Source: Ramazzottius varieornatus (Eukaryota > Animalia > Tardigrada). Taken from it: DNA of 64,000 nt. The number at the start of each line of letters is the position of its first letter. Position 1 is the stretch's first letter. Location: assembly GCA_001949185.1 (NCBI GenBank), contig BDGG01000008.1, forward strand, positions 248,001-312,000. The letters are read 5' to 3'. The notes under the pieces were generated by a model. That model saw nothing but the letters and a program-made list of their open reading frames with translations, was not told where the DNA came from and did no database searches. Shown in pieces: positions 33,301 through 46,409 of this stretch. The position numbers and the translations under genes were made by a program.

Positions 33301-36300
33301 AGCATACTGGGGCCTACTTTGCCCACCACACGTGCCACTTGATCGTCGACAGACTCGTGGCTGTCTTGTTGATCGCGCTGGAACGTTTGGACCAGAATGA
33401 AGATGTTGTCCACACCGACAGCCAGGACCAGGAAGGGAATGACTTCTATGATGATCAGGGTAGCAGGCAGACCGATGTAGCTGTAGAAGCCCACGGAAGC
33501 CCCAAAAGACGCAAAGACGATCAGGACACCGGCTAGACCCAGCGTGATCTTGGAGTCTATCAGACATCGTTTCCAGTTTCCGTACTGACCAAGTGTCACT
33601 GTGATGTAGACGAACATAACAATGTAGCTCAACAAGACGGTCTTGACATCGGCCTGACTTTCCCTGTTGATTTCATCCTCGATGGAACGCTGAAAAGAAA
33701 CAAGGCGGTATCAGCGATCGCTATCTTGACACTTCGATAGAGAGAAAACCGGCAACATGACTCGCGCATAACAGCAAGAGCCTGCATACATCGGCTGATT
33801 GTACCAAATAACAGTCGAACTGTATGCAGGTACGTGAACGAATAAACCATTGCTGAAAATTGATCTACTGAAGTGCGCGTTATGAACCTGCATACACCAG
33901 AACCAGTTAACTGCTGTGGAAAGCGTATGCAAGTTAGAAGATGCGTACATTCTTGGCTCCTCCATGTTTCACTTTCCCACGGCGAGACTTTGCTTTACGA
34001 AAAGCTTACCTCCATCATGAAGGAGATGGTTATGTTGCTTTGATTGTAGGCTTTGAGATACTTGATGGCAGCTTCTTCCCACGCCAGCGCTTCGTCAGTC
34101 TTGGTCTGATTCAGTGGATTATTGACCGGGAACGTCACGATCAAGGCCGACGCATTACCATACTTGCCGTCCTCGAAGCCACCAAAGACTACCCAGGGAA
34201 AAACAGGAGCGCCAGACACACCCAGACACGGCATGCCCACCAGTTTATCCGCGTCCGCTGTCGACGTTGGGTTGTTGGTACAGTACATGATATGATCAAT
34301 GTACGTAGCGAATCTTTGCAGATGGAAATCGTCCCAGTTCTCCTCATTTAGCAGAGACTCGTTACCTATAAAATAAACAGACATGGGTCAATCGACCGGA
34401 AGAGATGAGCGCTAAGGTCGTGAGTTGAAAGTACCTTGGAAATACTGACTAACGCTCACTGTCGTGCAGTTCTGATTTTGGGGAGCTAACGCTTGGAAAC
34501 AGACATCTTGAAGAGAGACCGGCCGATACCCTCCAGGTGCTCTCGGATCACTGACGTTACCCAAAAGACCCATGATGTCTCTTTCCATTCGAAAGACCTG
34601 TAATCAAGCGAAGACATTAATGCCTTCCAGAAACTAATGAACCCCCTTCAAGTCTTACCTCTTCCAGAAACTCTTTGCGGAAGACTGCACTGTACTGAGT
34701 AATGGTGTCCGGACTATCTTCGAAACCCGTCCAGGTGCTGACTGGAGTAGTGTTAGTCGGTCGGATAATGAGTTGCTCTGTCCTGTAGAATCGGCCAAAG
34801 TGCTGGTCGAAGTAGTTCTTCTCGATGCGGGCGCGGCTGACGGGAGAAGACCACAGCTCGACGGGGTCGGTGGTGACACTGAAGAACATCCAGCCCATAC
34901 AGCAGACGACTAATAGCAAAGCCGAACCTAGTAGCACGATTATGGGATGCTTCGCGCAGAAGAATCCCCAACGGTAGAAAAACTTCTGCAGCAGGTCATC
35001 CAAACGCGCTCCGGCTTCCTCGAACTTGCTGTAATCTCCTGCGAAACGAAAGAACTTGAATTCATTTGGTCAGTTTTGACGCCATTAGTTTGAAGATATA
35101 CAGGAGCTCGGCAAACAAACTGGACCAGATCGTCCCCCCAAGTGGCGCACATTTCCAGCCAGTATTGCTGAAAAGGTGTTCCGCTTGAAAAAACGTGCTG
35201 AGGTTTGTTTGCCGAACGCCCATATTCCTCTAAGATATTTCTTTCTCTATGATCTTTCAATCGGATTTTGAGAGTGGCTTTTGAGAGTGATGTCGATAAG
35301 ATTGTCATTTTATGGTCATTAAAATCGTTTAAGCGTTCTCAAGTTTGCTTCATTTACCGGCTGCCATGATGTAATCGACATCTTCCAACGAGCGCGTCGG
35401 GCTATCTTTTCGCAAGCTGTTGTTGCTGCTACCAATATTTTGCCGTAGCCATTTTTGGACCACATAGGCGATGAACAGCGAGCTTAGGCCACAATAGATA
35501 AACACACAAATGGCCCACGCACAGTCCACCCCTGCACAACAAAGAAACCATAAGACCTGAGTAAGCACAACAAAAGTGAACCATTCCGGCACTCAGACAT
35601 GCACGTACCGAGAATAAGGCAGACGTTTGGTTCAGCGGGTGGCGGTGGTCTAGCCGGACACGCTTCAGTGCAGTCCGTGCAGGAACAGGCATCGTGCTCC
35701 TCGTCGATGGCTTTGTAACAAGGAGTGGTGGATACAGTCAGAGGAGCGAAAATCTCGGCGGAACCATTACTGGCACCTCCTGGAAACAAAAAAACACAAG
35801 AAGACCGTCAGTTAAGTTGTTGTTCCTGTGCTAGGGAGGCCGAATGAAAAACCCCAAGAAGTGCTCCACGTATTCACATTAATTTTATTTACGGCACGAT
35901 CCCTGTATGATGACGTGAAAAGCCACATCAAGGCCGTGCCGTAAGTGTATCCACCGGAAGTGCTTCTTCGTTCATATGTTTAGGTGAATCTCACCTGTTG
36001 AAAGTGTGAAGTTGACAGCGAATGGTGTTCCGGGATTGGTAGGGTTACCCAGGAAAGTAAACCACTTGTCCGCGCTGCAGTTCTTTGAGCCGAAAGGAGA
36101 GCACATGAGATCCATGACTGGGCCATTGGTACTCGGGTTTAACACTGACTTGCAAGAGTTGTACGCCTCTGTTGCGTACTTTGTGTCGAGAAACACCCCA
36201 AGTGCTTTCACGTATGTAACATCTGGAAACACAAAGGATGAAGACACGGACGAGGATATTCACTGCCGATGTAATATTATCATTCACTCACTGTCATCAC

Positions 36301-37057
36301 TGACTGCAAATTCTGCCGGGTAAGCAAACGTGCTCTGGATTGGCGAGCAAGTCATCTCGCAGAAGAGCGTCATGAAGTTCCGTAAACACGAAGGACATCC
36401 ACCGAGGAGCGTAGTTACCATATCCATCCCGGCTTTTAGCGCCTTCAGCTGGTTCGTATCACAGCACAAATCCACGACAGATCCATCTAAAAAAGCAAAC
36501 AAAAAATTCAAAATAATTTCGCTCACGTTCGTGTCTTTATAATTAGCTTTGTGGATTTTTTCTGCGTCGTTCGATTGGATATACGAGTATAGTACCTTTA
36601 TTGATCATCGACGGGCACATTTCTTTGAACAGTGAGACGCCACTTCCGTCGAGCGCTTTTGGTGCTCCATAGTACGGGCAATTGTAGGCACCGTTGGCGC
36701 CTTCCGCACACTGGCCATACATGACACAGGATCCATTTGTTGAGTTTTCCGAGATCGTATTGTACCGTCTAGGTCGAAGCGTAGTCAACGGCGAAGACGG
36801 GGACGGAGTCGTTGTTAAAGAAGAAGCAATCGATAAGTTGCCTTCGGCAGCCGAGAACACCTATCAATAGCAACCAGACAACATTCATTACCAACGGAAC
36901 ATCTGCGCTGACTCACGACAACGCCGAGGAAACTACCAAAAGACCTGAAACCACTTCGTGCAAAGTTCGAAGTTATACTTACAAATAGATCTTGTGTACA
37001 AAATAGGATATATGAGCAGGACAGGCGGAATACCGAGGGGAAATTCATCTTCAGCAT
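30335..37057 (-). CDS. NPC1: NPC intracellular cholesterol transporter 1
   Basis: N-terminal Cys-rich domain ([28 protein letters not shown]), [29 protein letters not shown], sterol-sensing domain ([18 protein letters not shown]), [40 protein letters not shown]. Start codon uncertain (37057 or 37048). Confidence 0.95.
32156..32203. repeat. Motif family A copy in NPC1 intron 32045-32492
   Basis: CCTGCATAC-N30-GTATGCACG. Confidence 0.75.
33781..33830. repeat. Motif family A copy in NPC1 intron 33690-34009
   Basis: CCTGCATAC-N32-GTATGCAGG. Confidence 0.8.
33887..33933. repeat. Second motif family A copy in the same NPC1 intron
   Basis: CCTGCATAC-N29-GTATGCAAG. Confidence 0.75.
35108..35215. 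repeat. Motif family B full palindromic element in an NPC1 intron
   Basis: Outer 13-bp inverted repeat TCGGCAAACAAAC/GTTTGTTTGCCGA; core CCAAGTGGCGCAC(35138)-N25-GTGTTCCGCTTGA. Confidence 0.8.
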
Positions 37058-38173
37058 AAACGTCTCAAAATCCGGTTGGGAAAAATTCCGAAAAATATTC
37101 CGTAGGCTCTTTGAACTCTGAGTATCACAGTGGGAAGAAAGAAGACCAATTCGGCTGTTCCGCGGTAGCGAGTATAGAGGAATAGATCTCCAGACGGGAT
37201 ACTCGCTAAATAAACAAACAAACAAGGCTGTCGGTTCACTCAATCAAACACAGCGCTAGAAGGTCGGATGACGAAGGGTTGAAAATGGCCGCACGGAACT
37301 CCCATCCTCTTCCGTTTGAGTTCAATCGTGCCCTGAACAAAAGCATGCAGTCATCTGTAGACAACGTACGATGGCAGGTGGGTCGTCAAATCGTCCAAAG
37401 TCCGGGATAAAAGTCTAATGTTGCCAAGAACCACACAGCAGAAGCCAGAATGGACTCTTGTATGCGGAGGAAGAAACATCAACAAATTTCTACGCCTATA
37501 CAGGTGGGCGGCGCCTCGGATTCCAACGCGCAACATCAGATCTTGTTCCAGCCAATTGCGGGCCGCGGGATCTGTGGGGTAGCTCAATTAATCAACTGTT
37601 ACCTACGCATGGCTTCTGGCGTGTCACGGCCTTGTTTCACTGTTGAGTCATACCTCACACCACACCATGACGCATACAAGGTCACGTAACGTCATTAGGC
37701 AAACTGTAGGTGGCGCGGTTCCACGAGGCCACGACCACACCCAGTGACAAAAACACGGCATGTGAAAAACTTGCATATAAGCTAGCAGATGCAACTCAAC
37801 CGGAACATCGTCAGACAGCTCTGTGCGTCCCTCTCTTCCTGAGAACAACAATGCGATCCCAATCTTGCCTGCATACTTCCAGCAAGACGCTAATCAGTTC
37901 GTTCGATCCTTATCGTTCTCCTCCAAACTTGCGCCACGCTGCTGCATGATAATGCACGTGGAAAACTGCATCGATCGATCAATCACTTTTTCGTTCCAGA
38001 CTTTACTATTAACCATGTTTAGCCTATCCAAACGAGATAAGATTTCTAAAATCAACACGGACGAGACTTATCAGCAGAATTCGTGTAAGCCACCTGAAAT
38101 AAAAATCAAAAGCCACTGTAAAAAGCAAACACAGTTTACTCTTCAAACTGTTCACAGTAATCCAGTGGTCAGT

Positions 38174-41100
38174 TTATTTCTGCGCAGGTCGGAAGTAATA
38201 TCGAACCGGCGGCCAGATGACCATATTCTCTTCTCCATCCATAGTCTCGTCATCGTCACCCATGTCCACCGACAGGTCGATATAGTCTTCTTCCTCCGGG
38301 AGATCGAGGTACTTCTTAAACGGCTCAGCCAGGCGGTTCTTGTGTCCAGGCATGAAGGGCATGTACACCATCTTTGAACCTTGGAGAATCGTACTGACGT
38401 CGCGATGGTACTTGTCCTTCACGGCCTCCACAAAATTCTGCATGGTGAAGTCCATATCACCATTGACGCTCCACTGGTCCCACAACGATACGGTAATTCC
38501 ACCGGGCAGTACGGTCTTCTTTGCTTCACCGGGCTCCGAAAAGTAGATCACTAAAAGGAAACCTAATATAATCTCGAAAGTTATATGGGATGTCGCTAAA
38601 TGACTTAAGCAGTGATGCAAACTTGTTTCGAAAACTATGATACGTGCGCCACTTTAGTGAACCATCATAATCTTCCATATTTCTGCTCTGAAACTTCTTG
38701 AAAATTTCATTTAGTCGGTAAAAAGACCAGTCTAGCATTTCGTTCTACAATGTACGTCAGGTATTTACCGGGTAAGGCCAGATTCAAGAAAGTGTTCTTA
38801 TAGCGAGTCAGAACACTGCTATCCAACAGGTGTTTCCTTTCCGGTGTCATCTTGTTTAGATCTTGTGCCAGCTTTATCAGTTCCAGAGTGGCCAGTCCCG
38901 ACACACAGGCGGTCGTGGTGGCGATTGCCGGTACGATTCTACCAGCAATGCGCTTGACGTGGGTACGGTTAGACCCGTCGATGCGGTACATCGCTGCTCG
39001 TAGATTAGCTGCCGCGTATATGAAGTCAATGTGGAAATTGGCATCATCGTCCTTTTCGAAGGACTCGGGATGCATCGACATAGTGTCAGTCGCTGAGAAA
39101 TCACCCCGTTCTAATGATGACTGAAGGAGATCAGCTAGTCGATGAGCCTCTTCGGCACTGTGAGAAAGGGACTGGTTCGTCGTGGGCGCTGTGGTGGCGG
39201 TAACCGAAGCTACTTCCTTCCCCCTGTAACCAAAACGAAATTGAATTAACACTAAAGACTAATAGACCTTAGTCATCTTACGAACAACGAGCTATGGTGA
39301 GCTTATCGCTTCTGAACGTAATCGGAAGCTCGACAAAAAAAGAAGCGCAATCTTTTGCAACCTGCATACCACTCTTCACGTACACCAGCGCAATCACATG
39401 TATGCAGGTGCATGAAAGACTGACTCATTTTGGAGAAGGCCGTCCGCATTCAAATTTTCGGAAGAAAACGTTATCAAAAGGGATCAGTTTGAACGAAATC
39501 AGAGCGGAAAATTTACTGGAAGCGAAAATACAAGTGTAAGCGTACTTTGGGACGAAGCTAGGAATATGGACCTTCGCCACAAGGGTTTTCAGTTTCTCCA
39601 TGGTCAGATCCGACGTGCTGACAGGAACATTGTAGATGTGAGCGTAGAGAGCTGTAGCTGAACGAATGAAATCCATGTGAAGCTTGTTCTCCGGGTCAAA
39701 CATGACAGGAATGGGAGCCCGTTTCGGAGCAGTCCAGAACCTGATTCCGCCCTCGAGAACATGATCTTCGGGGAACATGTACAGAAGCTGCAGAGCTTTG
39801 AAAGTGAAATACTTCTCGAACTTCATTCGCGCCATCTTAACCACATCCTACAAAACGAAACATTCGATATTTATGATGTGATCTCCCTGTGACTACCTTG
39901 TCATCGCAAATGCATACCTGGAGCGACTTTGGCTGGGCGCTGATAAGCTTGTACACTATAGCCACGTTTTCCAAATGACTCTTCTTCTGCAGTGCTTGGA
40001 GGACTTGACCAGTGCTTGGACCATGTAGATTCCAGAATGTATTGAATACCTATTGGCATAAAACACATGGGTCACCGACAGGCACAGTAAATGGGACACA
40101 GTGAACGAGATCAATGAAACTTCGCTCACTTCCGGTTTCATCGAAAAGGATGATTGGAACTTTTCTCGTGCCCACTCGATGCAATGCTCGATCAAAGCCG
40201 GAAACGATTTCAAGGTGCAGTAAGGAATTGAGTCACCGGCATTCTCTGCTGGATCCCGCTGAGTACCGTAACTCTAAGAGACAAAAGAAGAAAAACATTA
40301 AACAGCTCAAAGTTTTGATTGGAATTGATGGGTAAACATCAAGCTACGTACTTCGGTGAGAAATGGTACGACGACCTGTACGTGTCCTTTGGTACTCAGG
40401 GTTCCAGAGTCCAGCAGGGGTTTGCAGTTTGTGACACATCTACTGTCCATGTATATGCGAGCTTGAACGTTGTCCAGCGCGTTCACCACGATATGCTGAT
40501 TATGATAAAATTCATCGTTGAAGGGAGTCTTCTGTGTGGCTGGAGAAACTCGGAACAGGTACGCAGTCACTTGCATATCTGGATTGATACACTTCACCCG
40601 GTCAGCTGCCATCTCACTTTTTGACTTTCCGATGTGCTCCGGTCGGAACAGAAACTGACGATTGAGATTACTGTCAAAACACGTATTTTATTTATTTATA
40701 CGGTTACTTACGTCATCAAAGATTTAGAGTTTTCGGCTATTTTCCCTATAACGTTCGGGAACTCGGAAGACAAACTCGACAAGGCTCCTTGTGCAAATGG
40801 CGCACGATCTTACCCAATAATACTGATAAGGTGCGTCGGTTGGGAGAACCATCATGTCGAGTTTGATCGCCGCGCTCTCAGTTTTTTCTAATTTAATATT
40901 TGTCCAACCTTTTCTCTATGCGGTCGTCGTCCGTGATGGTCACCATTCCCTTACTTCCACAGCCGACTCCGATCAAAGCCAGGTTCTTTAGTGTTTCACA
41001 GCCTATGGCTCCGCAACCGACCATGAAGACCTTCAGGTTCTTCAGCTGTTCGAGAGTTTTGTCTCCTATGCACGCCCGAATTCCGTCATATCGGTCATCG

Positions 41101-42824
41101 AGAATCGAAACCGTGGAGTCTTGTGAGTAGATGTCGCGAGCGTCTAGATGCAGCCATTGTCTGAGAGGCGTCCACTTGCACGTCAGAGCCTTCATGGCTT
41201 CCTATACACACAGAATTCATTGCGTTCCGAGTACATGAATTCGTCCACGGCGCCAACGTCAAACTGAAAACCTATAAATATAAAAGTACCTGTGCCAACA
41301 CCCCACCCATGGTGGCAACCAAAGGGTTCAGCTGTCCAGAGGACGCCCGAATAGCAGCTTGCAGGAACTTCTCATCGAAGTCAGTCAGCTCCTGGTCTTG
41401 TGCCGCTTGTTTAGCGAGCTGTATTGCTTCGCTGACTTCAGCGAGATCTTGAGGATCTGAAAAGAATCAGTTAGTTGAGAATTACCTGTAAGCAACCAGG
41501 CAAAGATACATTGTAGCAAAGCTTACTTGGAAGTCTGGAGTACTTTTCCTCGAACTGCATCAAGGCGATCCAGCTAACATGACATTCTTTCGCTGCGTTG
41601 AACCGAGCGAGATCGCAGTCTAGTAGAGCAGGTTTGCGTATGGAATCTTCGAGGGAGTGAAAGCTGACAGTCTTTGGCTTGGGTGCTTGCTTAGCGATAC
41701 CCCCTTGCTCATGTGGGGAGAATTTAGTAGTATCTCCGATAGCAAAGGAAAGCGGGGAAACCACCTTATTCACCACGAACACTCGGCCATTCAGTTCTGT
41801 CATGCCCCGTACATCTTTAAACTCTACCAAATCACCCTCTTCCAAATGATGCATGTATCCTTCCAGACAAGTGACTTCACCTTGTTCCGTCTAACGGAAA
41901 CCATAATTATGGTAACCAACAACAAACAAAAATCTGGGATCTAGGCAAACAAACTCGACAAAGTGCTTTTCCAAGTGGCGCAAGTTTTCACCCAATAAGG
42001 CTGCAGACGTGCGCGGCTTGGGGAAAGTACCTTGCTGAATTCGTTAGACGAGTCCGCCTGAGCTCCTGCTTCAAAACAAGGATTTCTTGCCTGTGTTACG
42101 TGCCCAATTAGAAGTTCGCGACTTTCTTCCGGACTTGGATCATGTACCAGGAACTCGTCTCCAAAGTCGCAGAAGCCGGTGACGAAGATGCCGAACGCGT
42201 CGCCCGTAATAAACGGAATTTTGTGGGACCGTAGCTGCCTGTTGAGAGCGATGCGACTGGCCAAGGCGATTTCAGTCGCAATGACACAGTTGAACTGGCC
42301 ATGCAGCGACTTCAATCCTTCAGGGGAGGTGGCATCTCCATCGAAGATTTCGACAGTGACGCCAGGATTCAGTTCACGAAGCTTTCCGATACAGGCGTCG
42401 ACTCGTGATACGCGCTTCTTGACATCCTCTTCTGTAATGTAGAAATTACCGGACAAGTCCAACCATCTCGCCGGCTGGTTATCCCATAGACTGACTTTCT
42501 TGACTCCCCCCAGGATCTGCAAATACATGGTAATCGCGATTAACGGATTTTTCCCGTTCGGATGTATTAAGATTGAACACTTACCAAATTCTTCGCGATT
42601 TCCACGCCAAGTCCACCGAGCCCAAGGATAAGGACAGATGCTCTGTGCATCCGTTTCATGGCTTCATCACCGAGAACATAACGTTGACGGCTGTAGAGAG
42701 AGTCGTCAATTTCCACGCTGGGTTGACGCCGGAATGATCCTTTCGTTTCTCCCTCCGACGCGGTGGAGAGATGACGGCCCAGACCGTTGTGTCGCTTTCC
42801 ATCTTTGACGTGCTCGTCCTCCAT
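38174..42824 (-). CDS. UBA6: Ubiquitin-like modifier-activating enzyme 6 (E1)
   Basis: UBA6-type rather than UBA1-type signatures: [16 protein letters not shown], catalytic [16 protein letters not shown]-terminal [13 protein letters not shown] and PPVRYYF. General E1 motifs [46 protein letters not shown]. Confidence 0.93.
39361..39408. repeat. Motif family A copy in UBA6 intron 39224-39545
   Basis: CCTGCATAC-N30-GTATGCAGG; the spacer is not self-complementary. Confidence 0.8.
40771..40865. repeat. Motif family B copy in a UBA6 intron
   Basis: Outer inverted repeat CAAACTCGACA/TGTCGAGTTTG; core GCAAATGGCGCAC(40793)-N25-GTGCGTCGGTTGG. Confidence 0.75.
41941..42021. repeat. Motif family B copy in a UBA6 intron
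   Basis: CTAGGCAAACAAACTCGACA flank; core CCAAGTGGCGCAA(41971)-N25-GTGCGCGGCTTGG. Confidence 0.8.
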
Positions 42825-43470
42825 CGTGTCCCTTCTTCAGCAGCCTACAGACAAGGTGGGAGAGAGATATCCAGGACTCTTCAGCTTCGCAAGAACGCCA
42901 CACCTATCAAATGACGAGAAAACAGAGAAAAATTTAATCTTCAAAGAATAAAGATTCAAAAATATGCTGATTCACGGCTTAGATGACATACAGTAACATA
43001 ATTAACATCACATAACCTGGCATGACATGACTGTTTTAGTCGCGGTCGCCTCCTTTTCCTTGTTAATCTAGTTTCCGTCTTGACCCCCTGAAAGTACGTA
43101 ATTCACAGACATACCAGTGATGGTGGAAACATCTTAACGCAGCGGAAAACAACGTAGTACAGTAGCAGAGAAGAAGGCAAAACGAAGGCAGTTCGACAAA
43201 GTGGTCAGTTTCGAACTTCTCTGAGATGGAGACTCACTTCCGTGTGGGCACATATCGTTCTAGTTTGCAAAGGCTTCGGAAAACAAAAACGTAGTATGAC
43301 TGTACTAAAAACTAACAACTTAAAGTCTACTGTCAATGCAACTAACTATACCGAAGTATGTGAGAAGTGCTGAACGAAATAAAATGCGGTAAAACGTAAT
43401 ACTACGGGCGAACGCCAGCGAAAGCCGAAAGTGGCCAGATTATGAGCTTCAAGGAATCACCAGATACAAG

Positions 43471-45790
43471 CTACAGATCGTTCTGCATGGGGTCATCTTC
43501 GTTGGGAAGCACGTCCCGCTGTTTGCGACGAGCTGATCGTTTGATGGTTGATATTGAGAAGAAGCAGTCTCCTACACTATTCTCTGTTCCTTGTCTGACG
43601 GGTTCCGGGTTCGGAAGTGGAAGAGGAGGGATATAATCACCTTCGCCATCGGACGAACTCGACAACTGCAAACGACAACAATTAGTCGAAGTCCGAGAGG
43701 ACTTTAGTACACAATGAGCGGTGATTAGGTTAAGACGCTTACCGTCTGAGATTCATTCATATCTGGACCAACTCGCATGTTTGCTGGATCCATGTGGAGA
43801 AAGCAGTACTTGATACCGATGTTCTTCAGTACTGCATTATGGCATCGTCCTGGCGTCATAGCAGCGCAGCGTTTGTACAAATACTGATACTGGTCCTCCA
43901 GTATATGGGAGAGACAGTGACGAGAGAACGGCAAGGAATACTGCGACGAGAAATGTTCAGTTGACTTGAGAACGAAACACTTCAAAAGTTCTTGACATAC
44001 CTGACGACACTTCGAAATCCTGCCACTAGGTGTGGTTTCCGCATGTAGACAGCGGCTAATGGATTCTGGCATCTTGCCGCCATGTTTGACAACCGTACAT
44101 GGTTTTTTGTTGTGTGCGAAAGCAAACTTCGGTCTCTTTCGATGGAAGCGCATCTTGGTCCGTAGCTGTTTGTAGGCCTTGGTCGAGTGAGGATCGTGCC
44201 GAGCTTGCATGCTTACAGTGGCTGCAATATCAAAACAGGCTCGCATTGTACAACGTACTGAAGTCATCATACTGGCACAAACCGTTTCAGTGAAAACACT
44301 TCACCAGTTACTCACGTAAGAAAGTTTTCTCTTCAGAGACTTCGGTCAAGTACCGAGCTCGTGCATCTTTCAACTTGTACTCTTGAAGACGCAGCTCGCA
44401 CGCGAGAAGCTCCTTCTGTTTCGAAATCTTCAAGCGAAGCATACGAACCAACTCCTCAACCGTAAAAGTATGACCGTTCCTGGGACATTATTTAACATTA
44501 AAAAAGGCATTCAGTGAACTTTGATATGATAACAACAGTCAGTGAGGATTACATACTCTAATGGATCATCCTCTTCCGAGTCCAGTTCGTCGTCTGTATC
44601 GAACGCTCTCGTCGTGAACATGCCGACATGTCTCTCGTCCACGGCAGACTCGTCGGACGACGAGTTGGAAGCATAGGTTTCTTTAGCAGTCGCGCGAAGA
44701 TAGGTTTCCAGACCGTCACGCATCGTACTGTCGCCCAGATCGTCGAAGATATCAGAGGCTTTCGTCGGTGGTAGCCCTTTGTCCACGTTTGCGTTGTGAT
44801 CGCCCAAAGCGGCCATTGCGTTGAGGACGGTGTTGGCCGAGCTGGACATGTGCGTGCGAACTTCTTGCATACATTTCTCCAGATGAATCGAGCACAATCT
44901 AAAGAGCAAAAGTTATGTAAGAAAACATGCACATCAGTTAAGAGACCAGGAGCGAGAAAGTCTTACGCTTCTTTGGAGCGTTGAGGTCGATTCTTCCCAC
45001 CAGCTCCAGGCGGAAGTCGCGCTGGATATGGACATGGGTTGGCTTCGAGACGTTGAAATGCACACGGTACAAACGGCAGACTCTTATCGTCAAGCAAGTG
45101 TTTCTCGCAAAACACGTATCCTTCCCGCTTGTTGAAAGGACAAAACGACTCTGTATGTCCGCAGCGGTCCACTTCCCAATCGGCCTGGTAAGGTAGTGCT
45201 TGAGTTAGCGCCGAGCCTCCCTCGAAGTCGATCAGCGACCAAGATGGACGTAGAACATCTTCAGCTCCAGAGGACACTCCACTGCTGGGCTTTGACAGGC
45301 TTCGCTTCGCCGGAGGATGAGTGATCAAAGAGTTTGAGAACGCGTTGAGATAACTGACGTAGGTGATGGGATTGTCCTTAGCGGCAGGTTTGGAAGCTGT
45401 GGGTTTCGACGGCGCAGGAGCCTGAGTGCTCTGTGGCTTCCCGCGAACAGGTAAGGCAGCAACGGGTGATGAAACTGTTGGAGCACTGCTAGATGGTCCA
45501 CGGGGCAAGGAGGATCCGACTACGGCTGCGGCCGCTGGAGCGATCTTTTCCACCTTTCGCTTCTTGGCTGTCGTCTTCTTTGTTTCAGCTGCTGGAGTAA
45601 CTGCACCAGCTGCAGCTTTCTTGATATCTTCCAAGGCTTCATACTTTCTGCTGATTTCCAGGACGGTGACTGTAGGCTTTATGTCCTGCTGCAAAGTAGC
45701 ATTCGCATAAGTGGATGCGCCGCCAGTCATCTCGACGTCTTCTTCCACCTTCACCATGTGCACATTATGCTTGTCGCTTGTTACCTCCAT
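43471..45790 (-). CDS. KANSL2: KAT8 regulatory NSL complex subunit 2-like (zf-C3Hc3H domains)
   Basis: C...C.....EGYVFCEKHLLDDKSLPFVPC...CP domain; LDSEEDDPL..GHTFTVEE motif; second domain SLPFSRHCLSHILED..QYLYKRC...C...YCFLH. Confidence 0.75.
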
Positions 45791-46409
45791 CGTTGTCCAC
45801 GGTAGTACGAAGTGTACACGGTCCGATGATGAATGTATATCTGTTAGTCCATGACCCGCAAGCACAACCAGAAGTTAGCGGCTTAACGCCAGTAGTATGA
45901 TACAGGATAAGGAGTCAGGAGAAGTTGGTACAACTGCTGAATTCTGGAACTTCCGGTCGGAATTTGCAGATTAAGGGAGGTCAAGCCCACCTTTACTAGT
46001 AATACTTCATCCCCGGTCCCCAAGTGCTTTTGGGTTCGGTTAACTATGCCGCTATCGGTCTGGTCTACTGGTCCGACTCAGCGGCCCTTTAGCCAGAACT
46101 GCGGAGCCGGACGGAGCCAAAATGGTGCCGGAAAATCGGGAGTTCCGATTCGGGACGACGAGAACAGGATTTATCGTTGAAGAAAGTTTACTTTCTTGAT
46201 GGCCTTCCTGATTTTCTGAACGTGTTACCCGTTTTCTATGCTTTTTAGGCAGGATCCAACGAGCTGAAGGGGACACTTCCAGTAAGGCCTGCACTTCTGA
46301 CTGCTGTTTACAGGTACGGTGCTGGTAGTCCTTTCCCAAACCGCCAGAAGTGCTCGATTCCAGAATCCAGATAATGCAGATATGCATTGTGTTTCAGACG
46401 GCCGCGATC

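Noticed and set aside
37868-37876. Lone CCTGCATAC (also lone GTATGCAG at 16706 and 50802)
   Set aside because: No partner arm at ~30 nt, so not counted as family A copies.
17256-39408. CRISPR-like interpretation of the ~30-nt unique spacers in family A
   Set aside because: The arms are inverted rather than direct, the copies are dispersed in eukaryotic introns, and there is no array or cas gene.
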